From the NCBI GenBank assembly GCA_958009085.1, contig OY253685.1:186001-250000 (forward strand): a stretch of DNA of 64,000 bases, given 5' to 3'. Below the pieces are notes generated by a model that ran no database searches, was not told the origin of the DNA, and was given only the letters and a program-made list of their open reading frames with translations. Both the position numbers and the translations under genes were made by a program. This DNA is from Protoeuglena noctilucae (taxonomy: Eukaryota). Shown piece by piece: positions 51,165-63,871 of this stretch; position 1 is the first letter of the stretch; the number at the start of each line of letters is the position of its first letter.

Positions 51165-51169
51165 TTACA
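51165..51169 (-). promoter_or_regulatory. Candidate chlorophyte-type poly(A) signal TGTAA
   Basis: TGTAA lies ~200 nt downstream of the PAS-protein stop. The same motif follows EMC8/9 (4750, +), PrimPol (14816-14820, -) and the CINP-like gene (21912-21916, -), and overlaps the CYBDOM stop (41039-41043). Confidence 0.5.
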
Positions 51170-51367
51170 GGACACGACTGGTGTCTACTTACTGTGTACA
51201 TCGCGATTAACAGCCATCCGCGATGGCTCTTGGTCCGGGGCCCGATCCGGCCCCTAGCGATACGGCCGCGCGCGGCCCGCGCCAGATCCTTAGTTCCCAT
51301 CCCTCAGGACCCCATCGGATCCTATCGACCCATCCCCTGCCGCTTGGGTAACGTCGGATCCCATCCC

Positions 51368-54300
51368 TCAGGACCCCATGAGGTCCTTCTCGATCGCCTG
51401 CCGCTTGGCCTTGTCGTTGGTGGCCTTCTGCACCAGGTGGGCCTTCTCGAGCTCCAGCAGGAGCTTGAAGCGCCGGCCCATGAGGCACCGCCCCACGAGC
51501 TCCGTCAGGCGCCGCCAGGCGCGCACGAGCAGCGACAGCTGCTGGCCCTCGGCGTCCTGGCTCCGGATGTCGAGCATCTCGGCCAGCATGGCCTCCACGT
51601 TCATCGACGGGGGCAGCTGCGACAGGAGCTTGGCCGCGCGACGCACCTCGTCCTGCGCCTGACGCACCATCGGCCTGCGAGACGAGCAGAGGCAGGGAGT
51701 TGCACGAAATCGCTAAGTTATGGTGCCGAAGAAGGGAGTGACACTGCTGGGGACCCAATACGTCTGCTCCAGCAACCGCCGCGCTAGCTGCCCGACATGC
51801 ACGCTTGTGAGCAGTTGCATACGTCGCAGCTCTGGCCAAACTGTCCCGCATCGTCGCACTGCGCTGCGCACCTGACGAGCCAGAGGTACAGGGCGGTGAT
51901 GATGACGGCGATGGCCAGGAGGGCGCTCTCGATGGCCACCACGCCCGCGAGCGTGTTGTAGATGCGCGTCGTCTGCAGCTCGTTCATCATCCTGCGGGTG
52001 CGGTGGGCGGCATGAAGTGAGTCACTCGCCTCTGCACCGCACGGTGGCTCCCCACAACCACCCAGCCATGCCCACCCATGCTCTCACACACCCGCGCACA
52101 TCCACACACCCCCACCCGCACCCGTGCACGCCCTCGTACGCCCGTGCACCCAGCCTCACCGCAGCCCGTCGGCGACCTCGGCGTTCCCCAGGTCGTAGAC
52201 GAACTTCATGTCCGGCGAGTTGTATGTCAGGTAGTTCACTGGGTCGTCCGGGGCGTTGTCGAAGTCGTTCCTCCACATAGACGCAGCCGTGAGGTACTTG
52301 CCCATGAGAATGGCCAGGCCGTTGCTGACCGAGTCGTAGTACGGGTCTGAGGGCTGCCGGCAGAGGGACTTGTCCAGACGCAAGCACTCCTTGCCCTGGA
52401 TCACCTGCACCTGCCGCTTGTCCGTCATCACTGGGGGGAGGGGGGTGGGGAGGGGCGTGAGCTGGCGGGGGCGGGGAGTGCAACCGCGACGGCGAGGGAG
52501 CGAGGGATGGTGCCACAAGACATCAACGTGGCTCGAGGGCGAGTGAGGACTGCCTCTGGAGCGAAGGACGCGCTCGGCACGAGTGTGTAAAGGAGAATAG
52601 ACGCAAAAGCGCACCCGGGCAGCCACGCGCGAGAGTGGTGCACATGACACAGTGCCCTTGCAGCCGTCACGCGCCGCGCCTCACCCGACCCCGTCAGCTG
52701 CATGGTGGTGTTGCCCTGGAGGATGGAGTTCCACCGCCACTGCGCCTCGTCGATGCGCGAGGCCATCCGCTGCTTGGCGTACATGGAATCGGTCTTCCAG
52801 CGGAGCGTGGTGATCTGGTTCGCCCAGTAGCGGATGCGCGTCGTCACGGTCAGCAGGTTCTGCAATCAAAGCGAGAGATGGGCAGGTCTTCTGAACTCGG
52901 AGCTGCGGCGTCGCGTGCGGCAGTGTGACGAGAGCAGCCCCCCATGGGGCCGGGCACAGGCACCCAGTGCGGCACACGTAACGCAGCACACGACACCCAA
53001 GCGACCCATTTCCCGCACCTCGGTGGCGACCATGTTGTTGAGGGGGTCGCGGGTGGACTGGACTCGGAAGTAGGACACCATGTGGAGGCCAAGGATGGCA
53101 CCAATTAAGATGACCATGGGCGCCACCAAGAGCGCCACGCGGCGCTTGGTGCGCACGTCGAGTTCGATGGACTTCTCCGGCTTGGACCAGGCCAGCTGGG
53201 CGTCCTGCTTGCGGCCCCCGCCGTCGTCGGCCTGCACGCCGCTGCCGTCCCCGTCGCCCGCCCCCTCCTCTCCCGTGGCGGCGAGGCGCAGCAGGAGGGG
53301 CCGCGGGACGGCGAGGAACACCGAGAACAGCGTGCGGCGGTGGTGGAGCAGCGGCATGATGTGGGAGGTGACAGCGACGACGAAGGCGGGGACCACGATG
53401 ACGCTCTAGAGGATGGCGATGACCAGGGCATCCGTCTGCAGCATGCGCATGTTGGACTGGGCCGAGCCGGCCGCGCCCTGCGTCATCTTGTCCAGCGCGG
53501 GGCTCAGCGCCGAGTTGGTGTTGCTGCGGGACGCGACGGGGCGAGGGCAGCGTGAGCATGGGCGGTGCAGACACGAGCAGCTCGTCGCCAGGTGCGCCAT
53601 CACCCCAAGCACCCAGCTAGCCGCCGCAACCGCGGCCGCGACCGCAATCGCGCCCACGCACCGCGTGACAAAGATGTACGACCGGTCGTTCGCCAGCACG
53701 GCCCTCTGGTCCGGCGAGTAGCGCATGATGAGCAGCACGTTCTGCACCCACAGCTCCGCGAGCCTCAGCAGGCCCAGGGGCTCGGTGTAGAAGACGGCCG
53801 GCACCGTGTCCTTGTACCTGCATGGCAGACATGCACAACAAGGGGCGTCACGTGGTGTCATGCGGCGATGCCATGGGGTGTCAGGGGGTGTCACGCGGCG
53901 CAGTGAATGTGTGCCAGCAACAGCCCGGCTGCAGGCGCGCAGTGCCACCCACGCGCCGCTCTCCGTGCCACGACCATAGACCCCCCCCTTCACCTCTGCA
54001 CTTGGATGTTGGGCGTCTCGTACAGCATGTCGCGCACGGCGGACTTGATGTGCTGCAGCTTGCTGGTGACGTACATGGCCCTCGACACCGACTCGAGCTG
54101 CAGGGCGGAGGTCTCCATCGTGGCCTTCAGGCCGTCCCATATCAAGTCGGCGCGGCCGTGGATGGGGTCCGAGTTGAAGATGGCCTCTTCCGACTCGACG
54201 TCCGTGCCCACGCTGCCTGCCAGGAGAGTGGTCTGCCCGGCGGTGAAGACCGACGACACGAGGTTGCTGGGGAGGGAGGGAGGGGTACGGGGAGGGTTGT

Positions 54301-57300
54301 GAATCGACAGCCGGGCTGTAACACACCAGTGGTGTGCGAGAGGCGGAGCCACGGACGCTTCACTACTCCCCCAACACGCCATCACTCATTGAGGCGTCTG
54401 AGCAGCACTGCGCATCGCGCAGACGCACCGGGACCCCAGGACGAGGCTGCAGTAGACGGCGAAGAGGATGACGTGGACGGCGATGGCGGCAAACACGATG
54501 ACGGTGATCCGGCGCGTGACGGTGCTGGCGAACAGCGCCGCCTCGCAGCCCTCGAGCAGGTTGCGGAGGCGCCTGCGGGGAGGGCCGAGTTGAAAGCAAG
54601 AAGTCGCCACCGGCGGGCATCGACGCATCGCTCGCAACTCCGCTCACAGCTCGACATGAGCCCGGGGGGCTAGGCCAGTCCCGCCTGATTTAGCATGCCA
54701 CGCCAACACATGCTGTTGTGCCGTATGCCCAGTCCGCCTCACCTGTACCGCTTGGCCTTGCGCAGCTGGCTGGAGAGCAGGCTGCCGCTGTTGGCGCCGT
54801 CGTCGCGGCTCATGGCCTCGCTGTCGTGGTCATCCTTGGCCTTGGCGTCCTTAGAGTCCTTGCCCTTGTCCTTGGCCGGTGTCTGTGTGAACGATGGGCG
54901 AAGAGCTGGGTGGGTGAGAGTGCGCGGGGCGATGCGAGACTCTCTGGGTATGTCGACCGCAGATGGGCTTGGCTGAGAGACGGTTGGGTTGGATAGCAGA
55001 GAGCAAGTCGGGACAGCTGCGGCATGCTGAGTGACAATCGGGCGCGAGAGGGCGACATGCGACGCGGGTCACTCCTCATACAGTCGCTGTGCATGTGTCT
55101 CCTCACCTTGTCGGCCTTCGCGGCCTCGCCCTTGCTCTCCCGGGCGCTGGCCTTCCTCTCGCGGATCGACGTCTGCAGCTCCTCGCTGAACTTCTGCAAG
55201 AGGGCGGGGGCAGCGGCACGAGTTAGAGGACAGTGGGGGCGGGGCCAACAGTGGGTGCGGGAGCGGCAGCGGGGGTGCTCGGGCTGAACAGAGGGCCACA
55301 GTCCCAGTACCACCACCACCATCCAACATGTCGCATCCACAAACCCCCGCCCGGCACAACGCACCACTTGGGGCGCGAAGGCGACGCCCTTCTTCTTGCC
55401 CAGGGTCACGACCGGGGGCGCCTTGTCACCCTCCCGCTTGGACACCTCGGCGTCCCTCGCCTCGCCCGCCCCACCGTCCTCCTGGCGCCCAATCTGCGGA
55501 GAGGCCGGCAGCCGTCGTTAGCTGCCGCGCCAGCCACGGGCCACAGCTGCTACGTGCTCCCACCCTCGCCGACCCATGCCCACCCATGCCGTCGCGCCCC
55601 AGCCCCCGCCACGCCATCCCGCTCACCATCATCTCCAGTCGCTTGAGGCTGTCGATCGAGTTGACGGGCTCCTCCAGCGACGCCTGCACCAGCAGCTCGA
55701 CCTCCTGCGCCCCGGCCACGGACCGAAGGCCGCCCGACACGCTGACTGCGGACGGAAAGGTGGCGGGGCTATGATGATCATGGCAATCATGGCAATGGCA
55801 TGATCACCATGTGGTGATGCACCGGTTCGCTGTCAACAGCCAAGCTTGCGGGACATCAACACTGCTGTCGCCCTTAGGTGCGACCCGCGCTTCGCAAGGG
55901 CTCATGCGATGGGAGGTGCGTGCGACGCTGCAGCCGGCCGTTGCGCACCTTTGAACTGCGACCCGTCGCTGTGGCGCGCGGGCGACTCGATCCGGATCTG
56001 CTTGGCCTCCGTCCGGGGTAGCACGTCCGCGTTGGTCAGCAGGGTGGTCAGGGCCGCGCCCATCACCTCGGAGCTACGGATACCGAAGAGGATCTGCGAG
56101 AGAAGGGCAAGGGAAGGGCAAAATGTGACGAGCGCATAAACAAACAAGTCACAAGCAAGCCTCAAACGGATTGTCGTATCTCCGAACATCTCGCATGCGG
56201 CGTCGTCGCACGTGCCGGTCACACGCGACCCGCCCCGCGATGCACCGCGGCGCCTGCCCCACCTCGCTGGCCCGGTCGAAGGTCCGTATGGTGCCATCCC
56301 GCGCCACGCCCACGTGCCCGTTGACCCAGTTGGCGCTCCAAACACGGATGAGGAAGCCCTCGGTCTTTCCGTCGGTCGACAGGCCCAGGAAGGCCGGGTC
56401 CACGTCGCCCTGCTTGGCCACCTCCCCCACGTTGATGGGGCTGTCGGCCAGCGGCTCGACGGCGAAGCGCACGGGGACGTAGTCAGGGACGGACCCCGTC
56501 TTTGATGCACAGATGAGCGAGCCGCGGAAGGTGGTGGCCACGCCCTCGGCCATGGTACGGGCCAGGCTCGTCAGCGTGCTCGCCAGCACCTCGCGGGGCT
56601 TCACCTTGCTGTAGAGCTGCGGGAGGGATGGAGGGTGTTTGTTGTGGGCTGGCAAAGCGGGTGCCTTACTGCCGCGCCTGTACCATCAGTTGTTGTGTCA
56701 CTACAGATGATGGACCACTGGTGCAACACAGTCAGCAGAGTCGATGACGGTCGCACCCCTGACAAGACACAGCCTCACCTGCCCGTTCTGCACCAGGGCC
56801 TGGAAGACGTCGATGTAGTCGCTGAGGAGGTGGCCACGGAGCGCGGCGGCATCGACCCCGAACACGTCGCCGGGCAAGGGGTTACGCGCGAACCCGAGGC
56901 CGCAGCCGGCGCCCGCGATGACCCCCTCGCGGCTGGCCACGAGCTGCATGCACACGCTGCTCTCCAGCAGGGCGTCGGGGCCGTGCACGCCCCACATGGC
57001 CAGGTCGGCGGGGACGGCCACGGGGTGCACCGACACAATGATGGTCATGGTGGTGTTGATGCGCTGGGGCCACCACTGCAGCCGCACCGGCACCTGCGCG
57101 GTGCAAAGGGGCGGGAGCGGTTAGCTTTTGCCGCAGCCAATCTAAGTGAGTGACCCCATGCGCAAGCGTTGCCCAAGCGCCAGCATCGCTCAGTGTGAAC
57201 ATCGCTCTGACACCAAGCGCCGCTCTGCCTGTATGCCTCGGCTCACCTGTGCGTGGTCCTTCCCCTCCAGCAGCACCGTGTGGCCGTGGAAGCACGGGAT

Positions 57301-60300
57301 GTGGCTGGCGGGCTGCTCGCCGGACATGACAGCGGCCTTGAGGAGCGGGACGTGGAACTGCGACGGGAGAGGAGAGGAATTGCATCGCCCCTTGCCCTGC
57401 TCGCGTACAGAGACCTAGTAAACGGCACCGCGAGTGTCCTCCGTGCCCCGACCATGCAAACACTCTGGTACCATCATTTACGGCACTGAGTGAGCGCATT
57501 GACTCTTACTGTACCATATCATCATAAGAGTAGCCACTGAGTGGCCACTCGGCCTCACCTGCGCGAGTGGGCTGGGCAGGATCTTGTCCAACGCCAGCTG
57601 CCGCTTGTCGACCGTGCCCTCCTCGTACCCGAGGATTCTCTGCGGCGATGGAAAGCGTGGCAAAGTTGATGGATAATGTTGCAAATTGACGAACTGTTGC
57701 AACACAGTGATCTTTTCTGAACGAAGTGCACGTGCGCTGTCTGCGCGCATCGCCGCTCACCGCCAGCGGGTGGTTGGAGTACTGCACTTTGCCCTGCAGG
57801 TCGTAGACCGCGATGCCGTCCACGGCGTGCGTCAGCTCCAGCTCCACCTCCGCCATGGTGCCGTCCCCCACGCCCACTAGCCGGACTGCGGGTGAGGGAC
57901 CGAGGGTTTGTCGGGTTCCACCGGCTCTCGTCACCGGGGAAGGCCGTGCGACACCCACACCACGCTGTTACAGTGACGCTGCAATGCAATGTCCACATCC
58001 ACGCTCTTCACTCTCTTCAGCAGCACTCGCACTGAGGAAAGGGCAAGACACGAGCAGTGACTCACTCTTGGCCCGGACGCGCATGACGTCGCGTCCGAAC
58101 TTGTGCCGGATGCGGCTCTGCAGCTCCACGGCCTGGTCCTCGCCCTGCGCCGCGTCCTCCAGGCCCCCGTCCATGCCCATGGCCTCCTCCTTTTCGCTCT
58201 CCTGCTGCTGCAGCGCCGCCACGCTCTCGGCCACGTGCTCGTCCCACTGCGTCCCCGCCGCACCCACCGCCTGGAAGGTCTGGCCCTGCAGGGCCGCCGT
58301 GTTGAAGCCTGCGAGAGGCGACGAGGGGCGGTAGGGGTTGTGGTTGATGCCTCCTCGCTGTGTGAGGTGTGGCGACAGACAAAGCATGCTTCTGCCATAT
58401 GGTTGCGCTCACGCGCGGTGGCAGCCACTGGTGTCGCTGTGGCGCGTTGCCTCACCCGTGACGGACGCGAAGGCGCGGTTGACGGCGATGAAGTTGCCGT
58501 CCGTCGTCAGCCACGCAATCATGCGGCTGGCGGGGCCCGCTGCGATCAAGGGACGATAGTAAGACACTGATCAGAGCTGTGTGCGGACTTAAAAGGCATC
58601 TGCCTGGCAGGCAGTGGCCAGACAGACACGCGTTACACAGACGTTTGTGTTGTCAAAACAACAAGACACCCACGTGTCCCACGCGATCGCCTCACTTCCG
58701 TCGTCGTCCTCGATGGCGTGCAGCACGCCCAGGTACAGGGTGGACTCGTTGCCCTGGCTCATGCGCGTGATCTTCAGGTCCATGGGCAGCACCGACTTGT
58801 CCTTGCGAACCGCGAGCACCTTGCGGGGGCGGTTGAGCGTCTGGGACCCCGCCTTGGCCGCCCGCAGGTAGCCGTTGTGGCGCTGGGCGAAGGGCGGGGG
58901 CATGATGACCGACACGTTAAGGCCGTCCAGCTCTCCGGCCTTGTAGCCCAGCGTCTGGTTGAGCACTGCGGCAGGGGAGACCCATCAATCGCGCTGCAAC
59001 CACGATCGCTGTGCGTAGCCTGCCACGCGATGCCATCAAGCAACCCCTGGGTCATCCCCAGCCCCGCTCACGTTTGTTGGTCATCTGCACGATGCCCGCG
59101 TCGTTGATGACGATAACGGCGTCCGTTTGGTCGTCCACCTTCTCACTCAGGTCGCCGGCCCCGTTGGCCACGGCGCTCGACAACAACTGGTCCCGCTTGC
59201 GCTCCTCCTGGAGGTCCTCGATCTTGTCCGCCTCGTTGTACAGCCGCATGGCGCGGTGAGGGTCGCCCGTCACCTCCTCCCTGCACACAAGTCAGGCAGA
59301 CAGGACGCATAGTACTATGTGAGCGTGCGCGTGAAGCATGCACATACCAAGCACCAAGCCGGGGCAGCAGGAGGCATAACTCACGTGTACTTGGCGTACG
59401 AGCGGAGGAGCTTCACGTTGTTGGGGTAGCGCTCCGAGAGAGTCTTGAACATCTTGGCCGTCGACGTCTCCACGGCAGCCATTTGCCTGCGGGACGAGGT
59501 CCGGGGAGGGTCGCGGTCGACAAGTGGGCAAGCGGCAGGTGAAGCGAAAGCAGCAGGGAAGCGTAGAGAGCAAGGTTGCCGTGATCGTCTCTCGCCTGCT
59601 GATGTCCGTCACGGCGCTGAACGTGATCTCCTTGCACAGGAGCAGGCGCCAGAACTTGCCGGTCGTCCGCAGCGCGATCTGGTGGCTCGTCTCGGCCGTC
59701 TTGAGCGCCTGGGAGAACTCCATGAAGCTCGCCGTATCCATGGCGCCATCTGCGGGCGAAGGGCGATCGATACCATGCCGGTCAGCAGCTGGGACCCGCT
59801 TAAGGTGACCGGCACGGGCGGGAGTGCAACCATCGGCCGCGCGCAGCATCCTTGGAGCTCGCTCGTCGCTTGGTGACACCAACTTCGGCAAGAGGATGAG
59901 AATGCACAGTATGGCAACAGGCCCGCGCGCTCGCCTGCACCCAGGCCGCGGTCCTGCACGTCGAGCTTGTGGTCGCGCTCGACCCAGTACTGCGCCAGCC
60001 GCACGTTCAGGCCCGCGGGGATTTTCTCGGCCTTGGAGATCATCGCCGTCGCGGCGTTCAGGTCCTTGCGCACCGTCCTGCGGGGTTGCGATGTGACGCG
60101 GGGGTCCAGCTGAGCTTGGGGAGTCCCTTCCACCGAGCCGATGTGCCACCAGGACACATGTGCACGGGCCCTCAGCAAGTCGGCGCGCACAGGCACGGAA
60201 GGGACACGCTCGCGCCGTTGCCCGATAATGACCGCGCTCCTGTCAGGTGTGCACACACCTGAGGAAGTTGGCGTACTGCAGGACGAGGAAGGCGCTGTCC

Positions 60301-62421
60301 GGGAAGGATTGGAGGCCGTACTTGAGCACCGCGTCCGCGAAGGCCTGCTTGTTCGGGTCGTAGTTGCCAAACTCGTCCTGGATGCGCACAACGCGCGCGC
60401 AGATCTGCGGAGGGAGGCGCGAGGGGGCGTGGAGGTGTGCCGTGGCGCACCGCGCTTGCACAAGTACAAAAACATGGCCTCACGCCGCCCACCTCCACGT
60501 CCGCGGGCCTCTGCAGGAGCTTGAAGGCGTCCTCCTGCGCGAAGCCGTTAAGATTGTGGCTGTCGAAGCCCCCGCACACTCGCTGCCACAGCCCGGAGGA
60601 CCTCTGGATGGCCCGCCGGCGCATGGCGAGGTGGCCAAGGACGTACGCCACGGGGGCGCCAGCCGCCATGGCGATGGTGACGCCGGGGACCGGGTGGCTG
60701 ACGAGGCCGAGCACGAGGACCGTCAGGCCCACCCAGGCCAGCGCCGACAGCAGGCCGACCGACCCCGCGTTGACGTGCACCCTGCGCGCGCTCGCGGGGA
60801 GGGTTTTTGGTGGGTCACGGTGTCTTTGGTGTGAGGGCTCCGGACCAACCAAACGCTCAGTGGAGGCAACGCGTTGCGTGCTCGCCTGTAGAAGCGCTTG
60901 TTCCTGACGAAGCCGAAGATGGCCGCGCAGGCGATGACGAGCGTGACCCCGCCGGCCATGTAGCCCTCCCTCCGCCAGATGATCATGCAGGTGACCATAG
61001 CAGCCGTGCCGATGGTCCAGGCGGTCGCGGGCTGGCTGCTGCGGGCGCGGCGGCGCGAGAGGGGCGGTCGGCAAGGGAGCCCATGCCACGCGGACCAGCA
61101 TCAGATCATGTGACCCAGCAAGTGCCACTCGCCTGGGGGCCGCCAGGAGGTGGGTGGAGAGCATGTTGGGGTCGAAGTCGCCGAGGCTGTTGCCGAGGGC
61201 GAGGAGCATCAGGATGGGGAGGGCGAAGTAGGCCACGATGGTGGTGATGACGCCCGACCCTGCTTGCAAGATGGGGTGGGCACCCTCCAGCGTCACACCA
61301 CGGGCGGGAGCGGTGCCCGAGAGTCGAGAGCGCGCTCAGCACAAAAGCACGCCTTACCCGCATAGCACGTGTGGTCCGTGAAGATCTTGTTGACTGCCGC
61401 GCGGCCCTGCGTGTGGGCGTGGATCACGTCGCACGCCAGCGGGCTCAGCAGCACGGCCAGGGCCGGCACGTAGAGGAGCTCGAGAAGCACCGCCCTGCGG
61501 ACGTGGCGGGGCGCGGACGCTGAGCGACGTCAGCGTGAGGTGCGTGCCGTGGCGGGGGAGGCGGGGCCGGTCTCGCTGTGGGTGAAGGGCGTGGCCCTTT
61601 ACCTGAGGAAGACGGTGACGTGGACGAGCGACTTCCATGGCTGCCGCTGGCGGGCGTGGATGGACGCGAGGAGGAGGACCGCGATGGCCAGGGCGAGGGT
61701 CACGCCGGCCGTGGCGAACACGATGGCCTGGAAGATGCTGTATCCCAGCCTGTGCTCGACGTAGGTCAGGTCGAGCCACGCCAGGGCGCCCATCCAGGAG
61801 CCCTCAAACGACCAGTGGAACTGCAGGCGGCGGCAGAAGTGCGTTGAGCACCTGCAGCCAATCGAGCGTCGCTGCACGCCGCCGACGCGCGGCGAGATGC
61901 TCGCCTGTGGGCCCAGGAGCAGTCCGATGAGAACGAGGTAGGGGAATACCAGGGCGACGATCGCATACTGTGGGGAGGGAGCGGGGAGGGGGCGGGGTGG
62001 TTGTAAACGCCGTGGTTCACGTGCCGGCCGCGGCTGGCGGCACACTGGCCGATACACGCGTCCAAGCAATGCTTCATACATAATGACTGCATCCGGCGCC
62101 GCGAACTTCCCCGTCGCGGGTCCCACGCACCTTCCAGCTGGCCGAGTAGCGCTGGGACCCCAGAGCGTACAGCGTCTTGAACAACGTCTCTCTCGCGCCG
62201 CCCTCCTTTGTGAGTATACTGCCCACCCCATCTCCTTTCCTCGTGAAGACGGCATCGTCCGCGGTGGTCTCGGTGATGCCGGACGTGCCTGCGAAAGCAT
62301 GCCAAAAAATCAGGCGCCGGCGACGCATTGGGCGGCCGCACCTATCCGAGCCGGTTCCCACTAGCAAGATGAGCGCGACATTACGCTTACCTGACACGCT
62401 GGGGGCCCTGGATTCGTCCAT
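51368..62421 (-). CDS. Giant multi-pass membrane protein with a TPR-like segment and 3-4 PAS domains (tiny macrocysts TmcB/C / FixL-like FXL family), ~30 exons
   Basis: N-terminal multi-TM region, then helical ERYPNNVKLLRSYAK. PAS domains DAVIVINDAGIVQMTN..LGYKAGELDGLNVSVIMPPPFAQRHNGYL and DGIAVYDLQGKVQYSN. C-terminal TM hairpins end with LLSQLPPSMNVE. Confidence 0.85.
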
Positions 62422-63073
62422 GGCGGCGCGGCCAGGCCTGCGAGTGTGGGGCACCCCTGTCTGCGCGCGGAAGCAAGCGCCGTGCCGTCAGTTAGCCCCT
62501 GCTACATCAAGACATAACATCATGGCGAAACAGACCCTCTTTTCGCGTGTCCATCGACGCGCGAGTTTTCCCAGCGCGCCGGCGTTAGGCAACAGCCCGG
62601 CGCGCCACGCGGACACTTCCGGGCCCCACGCTCGAGCAGGCGGGTCCATTACAACTACTACATCCGACGGTAGCGTCGAATCGGAAAGCGAGGGCCCGCA
62701 CGCGCGAAGTTGGCCGAGAAAAGGTACCAACATGCGATGCCGCGCAGCGATGCGGGAATGCTCCTTGCAACGCCTTCTTTGCAAAAGGTTGCTCACCTAG
62801 GGGGAGCTGTGCACTCCGCGGGCCCGCGGCGGGCGCCGACCGGGCTCTCCTTTTCCAACTGCTCAGTCAAAGCAATCTTATTTCTGGACTATAACGAGCT
62901 AATGAGAGGTCAGGCCGAACACAGGATGAACACAGGATGCGTCTCTGAGGCGCGCGGAGCTGCTGCGGTCGTCTTGCGAGGCATGCGGCGGCCCGCCAGC
63001 TGATGCGCCAGAGCATGTGCCTGGCGTCGATTTCCGGCTCGCCGCAGGTTCTTCAACAGGTCGACAACATCAT

Positions 63074-63871
63074 TCAGTTCTCGCCGGACACGTGGGCGGG
63101 GTACTTGGCCTTGGCCTCGTCCCAGGTCGACTGCGCGCTGCAGAGGGCCGACAGCAGGGGCACGAGCTCCTCCATCGGGACGCGGATCTGCGCCATCGAG
63201 TCCCGCTCGCGCACCGTCACGGTGCCGTCCTCGATCGTCTGGAAGTCCACGGTCACCGCGAAGGGCACGCCGATCTCGTCCGTCCGGGCGTACCGCTTGC
63301 CGATCGAGGTGCCCGTCGTGTCCACGATGCTCGACAGGCCGGCCTTGCGCAGCCGGTGGCACAGCTCCGTCGCCGGCTGGTTCAGCGCCTCCTTCTGGAC
63401 CAGCGGGAACACGGTGCACTTGACGGGCGCGATGATGGGCGAAAAGCGCAGGACCGTACGCACATCGCTGCCATCGCCCTCGCGGGTGTAGTACGCGTGC
63501 TCGAACAGCGAGTACAGGACGCGGCCCACGCCGAAGGACGGCTCCACCACTGCGCGGGGATCGAGCGGGGTGCCGGCGTGAGTGGGGTACCGGCGCTTGG
63601 CGGCAAGCCCGCGCCCACAAGCCACGCCGCTGCGCTCACCGGACGGGATGAAGGTCCGCCCCGACTTCTTGACGGTGACCCGCTCGATCTTGACGTGCTT
63701 GTCGGTGACCTGCAGGGCCCCCGCCTCGGTCTGCACCTCGGCCGCCCCGTCCCGCTCCATGCGTGCCTTCAGGTCCAGGGCCTGCTCCTCCGTCAGCGCC
63801 TCGAGGGCCGTCGTCAGCGCCTTGGCGTCCTTCTTGAACTCCGCGCCCACCGTGCGCTTGTCCGGCACCAC
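63074..63871 (-). CDS. GARS: Glycyl-tRNA synthetase (eukaryotic alpha2 type), last two exons; gene continues beyond the window
   Basis: VVEPSFGVGRVLYSLFEH (motif 3), then APVKCTVFPL and TSIGKRYARTDEIGVPFAVTVDF (anticodon-binding domain). Confidence 0.95.
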   Translation of the reverse strand: MVPDKRTVGAEFKKDAKALTTALEALTEEQALDLKARMERDGAAEVQTEAGALQVTDKHVKIERVTVKKSGRTFIPSGERSGVACGRGLAAKRRYPTHAGTPLDPRAVVEPSFGVGRVLYSLFEHAYYTREGDGSDVRTVLRFSPIIAPVKCTVFPLVQKEALNQPATELCHRLRKAGLSSIVDTTGTSIGKRYARTDEIGVPFAVTVDFQTIEDGTVTVRERDSMAQIRVPMEELVPLLSALCSAQSTWDEAKAKYPAHVSGEN

